Source of the DNA: a virus
Taxonomy: Duplodnaviria; Caudoviricetes
Reading direction: 5' to 3' (one strand)
DNA length: 29,365 nt
IMG/VR virus record: IMGVR_UViG_3300005805_000331
Coordinates: 1-29,365 of that record
Part shown: one piece after another, positions 1-7,804 of the stretch
How the letters are laid out: each line of letters opens with the position of its first letter
Position numbering within the stretch: position 1 is the stretch's first letter
Made by a program: the position numbers and the translations under genes
The notes under the pieces: generated by a model
The model's database searches: none
The model's input: only the letters and a program-made list of their open reading frames with translations
Told to the model about the DNA's origin: nothing

Positions 1-83
1 CTTGCAAGGTCTATAAGGTCAGCTCTGTCCTCTAGCTCATCATCTGATAAGTCTAGGATGGCATCTATTAGTATATCTCTCAT
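1..83 (-). CDS. Partial hypothetical protein (runs off the window edge)
   Basis: Read manually: ATG at 83, MRDILIDAILDLSDDELEDRADLIDLA..., open to base 1; starts just after the stop of 88..306. Confidence 0.6.
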   Translation of the reverse strand, partial: MRDILIDAILDLSDDELEDRADLIDLA

Positions 84-87
84 GTTA

Positions 88-306
88 TTAGTTTTCAAGA
101 AAATCAATTGATTCTGGATTACCTGTAAGCTTTTTGTATATCACCTGTGCTTTAGCAGCATTAATAGCAGTTTTATAACCTGATAGGGCTAATGCTGCCA
201 CTTTTAAATCTTTGTTCTTTTGGAACATGTTGTTTAATTGATCACCCATGTCTCTAGTTACATTGATAACATCTGTAACACCTACTGTCTTAATTGTCTT
301 TGCCAT
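88..306 (-). CDS. Hypothetical phage protein (72 aa)
   Basis: ORF track; overlaps the end of the upstream gene, suggesting translational coupling. Confidence 0.75.
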   Translation of the reverse strand: MAKTIKTVGVTDVINVTRDMGDQLNNMFQKNKDLKVAALALSGYKTAINAAKAQVIYKKLTGNPESIDFLEN

Positions 307-715
307 AGTTTTTAATTTGTCTGGTTAATAATAATTGTTTACGTTTAATTTCTATCATTTCTTGTGGTATGTCAGCACGACTGACTATTTTAATGTTTGG
401 ATCACTGAATATTTGTTTATACACATAATTATCAGCTAATGTATCACGTTGTTTCTTTGAGATTAACCTGCTACGTTCTTTTTCCTTAGGAGTTTTGAAA
501 TATCCATTTGCTCTACGTTTTCTACAACTTGTTATATTATGTTCTCTAACAGCTTCAGGATGTTTAAGTTTCCATCTTTTATTTCTTTCAGTGGCACGTA
601 CAGAACACCTATAAATAAGCACTTTATCACCCTTTGCTAGAGTTTTATATTCACTTTTCCATCTGATACCACCACAATGAGGACATATCTTATCAGGAAT
701 ATCTATTGTAGGCAT
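290..715 (-). CDS. Basic hypothetical protein with CxxC motif, possibly nucleic-acid binding
   Basis: Start reassigned to MPTID at 715, right after the stop at 718; CPHC motif, K/R-rich middle, C-terminal IPQEMIEIKRKQLLL. Confidence 0.7.
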   Translation of the reverse strand: MPTIDIPDKICPHCGGIRWKSEYKTLAKGDKVLIYRCSVRATERNKRWKLKHPEAVREHNITSCRKRRANGYFKTPKEKERSRLISKKQRDTLADNYVYKQIFSDPNIKIVSRADIPQEMIEIKRKQLLLTRQIKNYGKDN

Positions 716-717
716 AA

Positions 718-1185
718 CTAAAATATTTGAAATCCTCCACATTCCCTGAGAAATGCAACCCATTCTTTAATCCTTGTAAGAGATGTAGAATGTGCAGGTC
801 TCACCATTTTACCTGTATCTGTAATAACAGAAGATTTGATTATAGATCCTTCAGGATAGATGTTATTTAAATCTTCTATTTCTTGTTCAGAAACAAACTC
901 TCCATCCATATTCACCCACATACCAAGACATAGATAGATTTCATCATCATCAATATTGATTATATCATCTGATTCTGTAATCATTCTCATTATAGCTGTA
1001 GCAAGTTTATTACAATCTTCTTGTGTCTCTAATCCATATCCATCATTAAATCCCCATCCTTCTGTAGATAGTCCAAGATCGTATTTATCTATTGCTAAAG
1101 CAGATATACCATGAATAGGTCTCCAACTCCATAAATTGGCTCTAAAATATGTAGGTTCATTCCTACCATATATATCCATTCCCAT
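718..1185 (-). CDS. Conserved-looking phage hypothetical protein
   Basis: MGMDIYG...YFRANLWSWRP...FLRECGGF pattern resembles a recurrent uncharacterised phage family (recognition only). Confidence 0.8.
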   Translation of the reverse strand: MGMDIYGRNEPTYFRANLWSWRPIHGISALAIDKYDLGLSTEGWGFNDGYGLETQEDCNKLATAIMRMITESDDIINIDDDEIYLCLGMWVNMDGEFVSEQEIEDLNNIYPEGSIIKSSVITDTGKMVRPAHSTSLTRIKEWVAFLRECGGFQIF

Positions 1186-1210
1186 AAATAATTGATTTTA
1201 AATTGTTTAG

Positions 1211-1246
1211 AAAATAAAAAAGCCCCCAGCAACCACGCTGAGGGCT
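1211..1246 (-). terminator. Intrinsic terminator
   Basis: Minus strand AGCCCTCAGC-gtggtt-GCTGGGGGCT followed by TTTTTATTTT. Confidence 0.75.
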
Positions 1247-1268
1247 GTCATTCACCATGAAACCTAGA

Positions 1269-1439
1269 CTAACCAAAATGCACTATAGATTTACCATGTG
1301 CCATAGAAACCCTGAATTCTTTACACCATTGTTCAAATGTCAAGGAATGCTTGACAGTTGTTGTTCTAACACCTGGTTTAAATTCATACACCTTTCTATT
1401 AGGCACTGTAAATCCAAATAATTCTTTAATCTTTTCCAT
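1269..1439 (-). CDS. Small hypothetical protein (56 aa, not in ORF track)
   Basis: MEKIKELFGFTVPNRKVYEFKPGVRTTTVKHSLTFEQWCKEFRVSMAHGKSIVHFG*; fills the gap between a gene and a terminator. Confidence 0.7.
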   Translation of the reverse strand: MEKIKELFGFTVPNRKVYEFKPGVRTTTVKHSLTFEQWCKEFRVSMAHGKSIVHFG

Positions 1440-1466
1440 TATAATTAATTTCGTTAATAATATTGT

Positions 1467-1988
1467 TTATCTGTCTTCTTCTGTATATCCTGCACCATCA
1501 TAGTCAGGCTCATCATCCTCATTCCAATCATCTAATAAGTCCCAATCTTCAAAACCATCATCCCATTCATCATCCACATCATCAGCATATGATATAGTCA
1601 CCTTATCCATAAATAGAATAGGCTCACCATCATCATCCACCTCTACAAAGATCCATCCCATATGCTTATCAAGGATGTGATTGATGTGTCTCACCTCTAT
1701 GTCCATCAGCTCATCTATATGATCTCCCTCATCCATCCACCCTATTTGTTTAGGCGTGGCTAATATCTCCTCTTCAGGAATATTTGGATCACCCTGATCT
1801 ATAATCCATGGAGCAACAGGATAGCCATTATCCTTTATGTATGCTTCTACATCTTGTGGAACCTTGTCCACCTTGTGCACTTGCCATCCAATAGGATGAA
1901 CAAATGTAAGAAATAGCATATCTTTTGTTATAACATTGGTTTCATAACTACGAAACACAAGTTGGCATTCTCTTATCATAATGTGCAA
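1467..1988 (-). CDS. Hypothetical protein with very acidic C-terminus
   Basis: ORF track; D/E/W-rich tail. Confidence 0.8.
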   Translation of the reverse strand: MHIMIRECQLVFRSYETNVITKDMLFLTFVHPIGWQVHKVDKVPQDVEAYIKDNGYPVAPWIIDQGDPNIPEEEILATPKQIGWMDEGDHIDELMDIEVRHINHILDKHMGWIFVEVDDDGEPILFMDKVTISYADDVDDEWDDGFEDWDLLDDWNEDDEPDYDGAGYTEEDR

Positions 1989-1990
1989 AT

Positions 1991-2356
1991 TTAAGGGTTT
2001 AGTTCCACATCACCAACAGTCTCAGGCTCTGATGTTACATTTATAGTGGCAGGAAATCTCTCTATTTCCTCACCTGTCTTGACATCTATGATGGAATACC
2101 TTCTCCTTTTGAGCCTATGTTTAACCATTGGAAGCTCTTTCTCTGTGTAGAATATAGCATCTCTCATTATTTTTGTTGTTCTAATCTCATAATCAGATGA
2201 ATTAGGCCTAAGAACACACAAATACTTAGTTGTAGTTGTGGTGTCATATATCATCTCTTCAGGCAATAGGTCTCTGCCTAGTTTATTCTTTAATTTCTCT
2301 GTCCTTGTTACATTCTTTGTTCTGAATGTACGTTTTGTTATAATAGCGTAAGCCAT
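1991..2356 (-). CDS. Hypothetical protein
   Basis: ORF track; leader TAAACCAACAAATT-ATG. Confidence 0.8.
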   Translation of the reverse strand: MAYAIITKRTFRTKNVTRTEKLKNKLGRDLLPEEMIYDTTTTTKYLCVLRPNSSDYEIRTTKIMRDAIFYTEKELPMVKHRLKRRRYSIIDVKTGEEIERFPATINVTSEPETVGDVELNP

Positions 2357-2383
2357 AATTTGTTGGTTTAGAATGGTTTAGGT

Positions 2384-2416
2384 AAATAAAAACCCCTAGT
2401 GTAGACACACCAGGGG
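2384..2416 (-). terminator. Intrinsic terminator
   Basis: CCCCTGGTGT-gtct-ACACTAGGGG then TTTTTATTT on the minus strand. Confidence 0.75.
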
Positions 2417-2453
2417 AAAATTTATAATATGCACATCCACAAGTGTTTGTGGA

Positions 2454-2702
2454 TTAGTTATTGTTCATATCGAACAATTTCATTTTATGATCAATATCAT
2501 CAATACCATTGATCATATCCATAGCTTTCTCTGTGCTATCACCAAGCCTGAGCTTGAGAGTCATCATCATACATAACATTCCCATATTGGATTGATTTTC
2601 CTCTGATGGAACAAGTTTATACTCTCTAATTGCTTCTTGTAAATCATTTAACAATTTTTCTTCTGGAATAGTGGCAGCTGCAATAATAAATAGTTCTTTC
2701 AT
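2454..2702 (-). CDS. Hypothetical protein
   Basis: ORF track. Confidence 0.75.
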   Translation of the reverse strand: MKELFIIAAATIPEEKLLNDLQEAIREYKLVPSEENQSNMGMLCMMMTLKLRLGDSTEKAMDMINGIDDIDHKMKLFDMNNN

Positions 2703-2725
2703 TCTATTAGTTTTTAAATGGTTTT

Positions 2726-2959
2726 TTATCTATTTTTATAATTTTTACTGTAAAAGTTCTCATCAAAGCATTCAGAGAATAGAAATCCTTGTAATGGCAG
2801 AGCAAGAATACAGAATATGATGACATATACAGGATGCTGAGCTACAGCTTTAAATGACCCTCCAAATATCCATACAATGGACGGAAGAACTGAATAAAAC
2901 AATACAAGCGTAGCTACAAATAGTAATGCAGCCACGATAAATCTGATTAACTTTTCCAT
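2726..2959 (-). CDS. Small membrane protein (2 TM segments)
   Basis: Two hydrophobic stretches; leader AAAAACCTAAAACC-ATG. Confidence 0.75.
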   Translation of the reverse strand: MEKLIRFIVAALLFVATLVLFYSVLPSIVWIFGGSFKAVAQHPVYVIIFCILALPLQGFLFSECFDENFYSKNYKNR

Positions 2960-3026
2960 GGTTTTAGGTTTTTAAATGTTTGATAAAATGTAGTTTCACG
3001 GCTATTATCACCGTGAAACCACTGGT

Positions 3027-3209
3027 TTAATAAATAAAGTCTTTGAAATAGTCATCAGACCTCTCATATAGATCATTAATCCATTCCTCTTCATAGGTTT
3101 CAGCTTTCTGAAGAGCATTGGAAAGAGCTAATGTAAGATCTGTTGGTGAGGCTACAAGGCTAAGAGATTCTTGTATCTCTAGCATCAATGATTCGAATGT
3201 CTGGCTCAT
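3027..3209 (-). CDS. Hypothetical protein (60 aa)
   Basis: Start reassigned to MSQTFE at 3209, behind the CCAATTAAAACC leader and the hairpin at 3249-3270. Confidence 0.7.
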   Translation of the reverse strand: MSQTFESLMLEIQESLSLVASPTDLTLALSNALQKAETYEEEWINDLYERSDDYFKDFIY

Positions 3210-3242
3210 ATATTTGGTTTTAATTGGTGACATAATAATAAA

Positions 3243-3270
3243 GAAAAAAAGAGCCCAATTAAGGGCTCTT
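3243..3270 (-). terminator. Intrinsic terminator
   Basis: AAGAGCCC-ttaatt-GGGCTCTT followed by a T-run. Confidence 0.8.
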
Positions 3271-3276
3271 ATATGT

Positions 3277-3744
3277 TTACTGTTCATCATCCCACACATA
3301 TTCCACTGTCTCAATCCTTCTTTGCTTTCTCACTAAGCCTGTTTCCTCATCCAACGCATATACATCATTGATGTCATCCACCTCTATATACCACTCAGAA
3401 CCTTGTAGTTCTTTGGCAAAGGTGTTTAACATATATTCTACATCCACCCAATCTGAGTAATAAGCTCTACGAAGAGATTTACCTCCTTCTATTTCCATTC
3501 CAGCAAGCCAAATAAGTGGTTTGTGTTGCTTATCATCCTTCTCAGCTAGAACAAGATCTAATGTAGTGAATAGTCTAGGATAGGAACATTTGTCATTAGT
3601 GTATCTAATAGCAAACATTGTTGCCATTGTTGGAATGTGAGCAAACTTATATGGCTCACCATTAAAAGAAACTTGACGATCTCCAAAATAGAGAACATTG
3701 TCAATAATACTAACTCCATAAGGAAGAACAAACTCTTTAGTCAT
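3277..3744 (-). CDS. Hypothetical protein (155 aa)
   Basis: Start reassigned to MTKEFV at 3744, behind the AAACCAATTAAAACC leader. Confidence 0.75.
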   Translation of the reverse strand: MTKEFVLPYGVSIIDNVLYFGDRQVSFNGEPYKFAHIPTMATMFAIRYTNDKCSYPRLFTTLDLVLAEKDDKQHKPLIWLAGMEIEGGKSLRRAYYSDWVDVEYMLNTFAKELQGSEWYIEVDDINDVYALDEETGLVRKQRRIETVEYVWDDEQ

Positions 3745-3790
3745 AAAATAGGTTTTAATTGGTTTATAATTGGTTTGGTGAATAAATAAT

Positions 3791-4072
3791 TTAAGGAAGC
3801 AATTCATATTCTGTAATGTAATGCGTTCCACTGTTATAATAAGACCAAATGTCACGCTCATAATATACATAGTCTTCATAGGAACAATCAATATCATCAG
3901 CATTCTGCTTATAATATTCCTCTTTAGACATACATTTGAACTCATTATTCTGAACACGTTCGTTCATTTGTTTCTCTGCACCCTCTAATGAAGCATGCAT
4001 TGAAACAACATGAGTTTGATTTTCTTCATATGAAAGACCATTGTTATAATAGACAGCATATATCTTTTGCAT
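3791..4072 (-). CDS. Hypothetical protein (93 aa)
   Basis: Start reassigned to MQKIYAV at 4072, directly behind AAACCAATTAAAACC. Confidence 0.75.
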   Translation of the reverse strand: MQKIYAVYYNNGLSYEENQTHVVSMHASLEGAEKQMNERVQNNEFKCMSKEEYYKQNADDIDCSYEDYVYYERDIWSYYNSGTHYITEYELLP

Positions 4073-4100
4073 GGTTTTAATTGGTTTAGATGTGTGAATG

Positions 4101-4130
4101 AATAAAAGAAAAGGGCTATTCCAAGCCCTT
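4101..4130 (-). terminator. Intrinsic terminator containing the stop codon of 4116..4376
   Basis: AAGGGCT-tggaat-AGCCCTT followed by TTCTTTTATT. Confidence 0.75.
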
Positions 4131-4376
4131 AAAACTCTCATCTAATGGTTCAGGCTCCTCATGAATAGCATCATATTCAGTGAGCAATCTTCCCCATTGA
4201 TAAATAAGATCTGTCATCTCATCATTTAATTCCTCCCATCTGGTTTTATCCTTTCCAGGAGGAATCTCATTCCAAGACCCATTAAATCTCTTTAATTTAG
4301 TGATAACTTGTATCACCTCAGCACATTCTTCTGCCAAGGCTAGTGCTGAATCGCCTTCATCTTTGAACTTTCCCAT
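4116..4376 (-). CDS. MazG-like nucleotide pyrophosphohydrolase
   Basis: LAEECAEVIQ...EELNDEMTDL: EExxE and ExxD helices typical of all-alpha NTP-PPases. Confidence 0.7.
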   Translation of the reverse strand: MGKFKDEGDSALALAEECAEVIQVITKLKRFNGSWNEIPPGKDKTRWEELNDEMTDLIYQWGRLLTEYDAIHEEPEPLDESFKGLE

Positions 4377-4435
4377 ATATTATTTATTAATGAATAAAAA
4401 GAAAGAGCCCAACATATATCAGGCTCTACATGATG

Positions 4436-4711
4436 TTATAGATCAATTTCCTCATAATTGACAGTTTTACCTGCCAATTTAATTATTTGCTCTAATTCTT
4501 CCCAAAGATCGTCTGGTTCACTATGTGTTCCATTTGAGCCAACAAGCTCAAATAAAAACTCTTTACAATCATCATCTCCTATTCCATACACCTCAATACT
4601 CCATTCTCCACCACCAACAGCATGTGTTGTGGTGTCTAAAACTCCATTTGGATTAAGCTGGAAAAATTGTTTCATAACTCTAACTTCGTAATTGGTTGGT
4701 AACACTTGCAT
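4436..4711 (-). CDS. Hypothetical protein
   Basis: ORF track; followed by hairpin 4404-4427 and a T-run. Confidence 0.75.
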   Translation of the reverse strand: MQVLPTNYEVRVMKQFFQLNPNGVLDTTTHAVGGGEWSIEVYGIGDDDCKEFLFELVGSNGTHSEPDDLWEELEQIIKLAGKTVNYEEIDL

Positions 4712-4740
4712 AATTTGGTTTTTTTTTGTGAATGAATAAT

Positions 4741-4930
4741 TTCCCTCTGCACTCAGATGTAATAAATACCGAACTTTCTTACCTGCAAGTTGACTCTTTC
4801 TTGCTATCAGTGGTATCGTGGATTATTTACTACATCTGTCAGCCCTTGGGAAGCTGAAATGGTGCATTAAAAGAATGTGTTTTCAATTCCATTAGCTTAT
4901 ATACACATTCAATGCCTTGCTATGTAAGGC
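4741..4930 (-). ncRNA. Candidate structured RNA (multi-stem junction with possible pseudoknot)
   Basis: Nested complementary segments: 4748-4752/4862-4866, 4754-4768/4824-4838 (14/15), 4785-4789/4800-4804, 4839-4843/4853-4857; loop 4848-4852 complementary to 4741-4745; no ORF in the track. Confidence 0.5.
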
Positions 4931-4934
4931 AATA

Positions 4935-5124
4935 AAAGAGCCCTGTTACAGGCTCTCTAAATACCTAACTTCTTGTCTACCATCTTCATAAGCAATAAGA
5001 ACAGCAATTTTATCCTTATGCTCAATAGATGGATAGATGGAAATAATCTTAAATGTAATAGATGAATGAATTGTCATGTCTATTGGTTTAAATGAATAAA
5101 AGAAAGAGCCCTGTTACAGGCTCT
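4935..5124. repeat. Identical 22-nt direct repeat AAAGAGCCCTGTTACAGGCTCT (4935-4956 and 5103-5124), each a terminator-like hairpin
   Basis: Exact match by eye; related hairpins at 4404-4427 and 7218-7241. Confidence 0.9.
4946..5077 (-). CDS. Small hypothetical protein (43 aa, not in ORF track)
   Basis: MTIHSSITFKIISIYPSIEHKDKIAVLIAYEDGRQEVRYLESL*; TAAACCAATAGAC leader; stop lies inside the 22-nt repeat. Confidence 0.6.
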   Translation of the reverse strand: MTIHSSITFKIISIYPSIEHKDKIAVLIAYEDGRQEVRYLESL

Positions 5125-5410
5125 TATAATGTATCCTCATATAGGAATAAAACATTTGCTCTTGAATAACATTCCAGATGTTACCCAAATAGATACCAAA
5201 TCTATCCACAACAGGAATAGATGATACACTGTTACACATCTGTCTGTAATTCTTCATTGTAACTGAATCAATGTAAGAATCACCTACATATATGTTTATC
5301 CTCAACTCCTCAGAGAAATCATCTAATATTGCTGTAAGACAAGGATCTTCTGTTGTAACAGGAATAATACATCCTTCTGTATAAACTCCTGTAGATAAAA
5401 ATGTACTCAT
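5114..5410 (-). CDS. Hypothetical protein (98 aa)
   Basis: Start reassigned to MSTFLS at 5410, behind AAAACCATATAACC; stop lies inside the 22-nt repeat. Confidence 0.7.
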   Translation of the reverse strand: MSTFLSTGVYTEGCIIPVTTEDPCLTAILDDFSEELRINIYVGDSYIDSVTMKNYRQMCNSVSSIPVVDRFGIYLGNIWNVIQEQMFYSYMRIHYKSL

Positions 5411-5637
5411 GGTTATATGGTTTTGGTGAATTAATGCTATATGTATTGCTATAGATTTAGCAATTTGCAATATGATAAATATACATTGATAGGATGGTAG
5501 TGGTGACACAACACCCTACATTCTCACTGGTTTCACCCACCCTGAAGTGTTATTTAACACCCACCCATATATATAATCTATTCATTTTCAATTAATTAAA
5601 GGAAGAAGCCCCCATTTGAGGACTTCTTCCAATTAAT

Positions 5638-6042
5638 TTAGAACGGTGTGCTTGCAAGAGCCTTAAGGGCATCTGCTGTTAAGCCTGCACTTGTTGCTTG
5701 GTTGCGGATTTCTTGAGCAATCTCTATGTCAAGAAGACCTGCATCAGCGTGTGCTTGCTTAATCTCATCACGAGTTTTGAATGCACTTAACGCTGTGAGC
5801 CTGTCTGCTGTAACAGGAACACCTTTCTCATCCACAACAGGCTTGCCTGTCAAATCAAGTTGTCCAATCTGTTTGATTGTAGCAATGCAATAGAAAGGAA
5901 ACTTAACATCAGCATTGGTTTTCCATTCTAATGATTCCATTTGACGCTTGTGGAAATGGATTCTGTCGCCTAATGCTGTGTAACCACTAAAATTACCATT
6001 TGCAGTGAAACTGCCATTGTTGATGACATAATTTTTGTTCAT
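5638..6042 (-). CDS. Hypothetical protein
   Basis: ORF track; followed by hairpin GGAAGAAG/CTTCTTCC at 5601-5630. Confidence 0.8.
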   Translation of the reverse strand: MNKNYVINNGSFTANGNFSGYTALGDRIHFHKRQMESLEWKTNADVKFPFYCIATIKQIGQLDLTGKPVVDEKGVPVTADRLTALSAFKTRDEIKQAHADAGLLDIEIAQEIRNQATSAGLTADALKALASTPF

Positions 6043-6140
6043 CGTTTTTCGATTTAAATGTTAAGAAATAATAATACACTATACAGGAAAAAAGGTTTTA
6101 GGATGGATGGTGGGCAAAAAGGGGAATGCACTTATTCCCC

Positions 6141-6368
6141 TTATAGCACCATCTCTTCGAGTTGGCTGTCAGTGAGTTTGTAATAGTCTTTAATCTTCAG
6201 GTCCATTATTGTCCCATAATTTGAGTTGTTCAGGTGAAGTTTTTCAATCCTTTTCCAGCCCTTATCATTTGGTTCACAATAGATTGTCTCAATCCAATTA
6301 GGTCCAACATTTGTGACTAATTTCATTCTGCCATTGTGTAGAATTTTGTCTCCTATTTTCATAATCAA
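6141..6368 (-). CDS. Hypothetical protein
   Basis: ORF track; stop overlaps terminator AAGGGGAAT/ATTCCCCTT at 6119-6142. Confidence 0.7.
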   Translation of the reverse strand: MIMKIGDKILHNGRMKLVTNVGPNWIETIYCEPNDKGWKRIEKLHLNNSNYGTIMDLKIKDYYKLTDSQLEEMVL

Positions 6369-6401
6369 TTGATTTAATGTGTGTTATATAAAAAGGGGAA
6401 A

Positions 6402-6608
6402 TTATTCTTTTCCCCTTGGATGAAGGTATTTAACATAGTGTTCATAGAACTGCTTGTAAGTGAAGTCTCTGTCAGGAACTATATCATTGCAGTCTTTGAA
6501 TATTTCAAGAAGTGCATCAATTGCAGAGAAATCTTCTTCTTGATATCCTAAACAGTCTTTCTTGTAGCCAAACCAATCTAATGCTGTAAATGCTTGATGA
6601 TTAGTCAT
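6402..6608 (-). CDS. Hypothetical protein
   Basis: ORF track; stop lies in the loop of hairpin 6393-6417. Confidence 0.75.
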   Translation of the reverse strand: MTNHQAFTALDWFGYKKDCLGYQEEDFSAIDALLEIFKDCNDIVPDRDFTYKQFYEHYVKYLHPRGKE

Positions 6609-6714
6609 AATAAATTATTTAATGTGTGTTAGAAGGTTTTAGGATGAATAACACACAGCCTGTGTGTATACATATATATAAGGGAGGAGAATAAATTCTC
6701 CCCCCTATTAAAAA

Positions 6715-7185
6715 TCAAACCGCAAACTCTTCAGGATTGTAGTTCCATTCTAGAATAGTGTTGTGGAACTCACTGTCAGAGATTTCTTGAGCACCGTGGT
6801 TTTTCCATTGAGCAATGTTCATTTGGTCATTGATCACTGTGTAACCTGGCACAAGAATGGATCCACTGCTATAATAATCTCTGTTGCTATAGGATTCCTG
6901 ATACACTCCATTCTCTTTGTCTTCCTTGCTGAGATAGTACACTGTCTTGGTCTTTTGAGAGAGTCTCTCATAAGACACAGTGTCTCTAAGCTCATCAGCT
7001 TCCTTGATGCTGTACAATGTTGTCCCTTTCTTATAGAATTGAGACAGCATAACACTAGGAGAATAGCATCCAAGGATCATTTCAGCAGCAACTGATGGAT
7101 TAGGTGTTGCAAAGATCACTTCTGTAATAGCATCAGCATTTTTGAAGCCTGCTAATGTTAAGGCTTGTCTAATAATCTTTTCCAT
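6715..7185 (-). CDS. Hypothetical protein
   Basis: ORF track; followed by hairpin 6681-6706. Confidence 0.8.
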   Translation of the reverse strand: MEKIIRQALTLAGFKNADAITEVIFATPNPSVAAEMILGCYSPSVMLSQFYKKGTTLYSIKEADELRDTVSYERLSQKTKTVYYLSKEDKENGVYQESYSNRDYYSSGSILVPGYTVINDQMNIAQWKNHGAQEISDSEFHNTILEWNYNPEEFAV

Positions 7186-7212
7186 TTTTGGTTTAATTTA
7201 GGAAATGTTAAG

Positions 7213-7241
7213 AAAAAAGGGCCTGCTTGGTTACAGGCCCT
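7213..7241 (-). terminator. Intrinsic terminator
   Basis: AGGGCCTG-taaccaag-CAGGCCCT followed by TTTTT. Confidence 0.8.
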
Positions 7242-7251
7242 GTTAATGCAA

Positions 7252-7578
7252 TTAGAATGGCAGATTTGATGGTTCAACAAATTCAACACAATCAGCATAC
7301 TTTTCGTCAACACGCTTGTGAGCAATTTCGCACATTACAGTGCGAATTGCTTTAGTCAGTTGACGATTTAAGTGGTAGTTTGTTACAGAGAACTGAATTG
7401 TGGTGTAACGAGTGAACCAATCTTTGGAAACAGTCTCGTAGAATGTGAGGTGTTCAGACCAATTCTGCAATTTAAATTCTAACAATTGTTGTTGGCATTT
7501 AATGCGAATCTTGCCTGTGAACACTGTCACATTACTGAAATTGAACTGTTTGAATCCGTAAGGAATTTTCTGTTGCAT
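7252..7578 (-). CDS. Hypothetical protein
   Basis: ORF track; ends in ...NLPF. Confidence 0.8.
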   Translation of the reverse strand: MQQKIPYGFKQFNFSNVTVFTGKIRIKCQQQLLEFKLQNWSEHLTFYETVSKDWFTRYTTIQFSVTNYHLNRQLTKAIRTVMCEIAHKRVDEKYADCVEFVEPSNLPF

Positions 7579-7636
7579 AATATTTGATTTTATGGCTGTT
7601 AAAAGGTTTTAGGATGAATGATAAGAGATTACGCAA

Positions 7637-7804
7637 TTAAGCGTAACCTTTCTCTGTGATGAGTTCTTCAATCTTATCATCTGCATCCTTCTCTGTCTTG
7701 AAGTACCAAGTGCTGTTCTCTGGGTAATAATACCCATCAATCATAGCACTGATTGGTCCTGCCCAAATGCACCCAAATTTTACGCAAACATAATACTTGT
7801 TCAT
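7637..7804 (-). CDS. Small hypothetical protein (55 aa)
   Basis: Start reassigned to MNKYYV at 7804, downstream of the conserved motif at 7829-7846. Confidence 0.7.
   Translation of the reverse strand: MNKYYVCVKFGCIWAGPISAMIDGYYYPENSTWYFKTEKDADDKIEELITEKGYA

Noticed and set aside
4741-4870. TPP riboswitch or hammerhead ribozyme
   Set aside because: Words such as GCTGA, ATACC, CTGAT and AGGGAA occur, but the pairing does not fit TPP and there is no CTGANGA/GAAA core in hammerhead geometry
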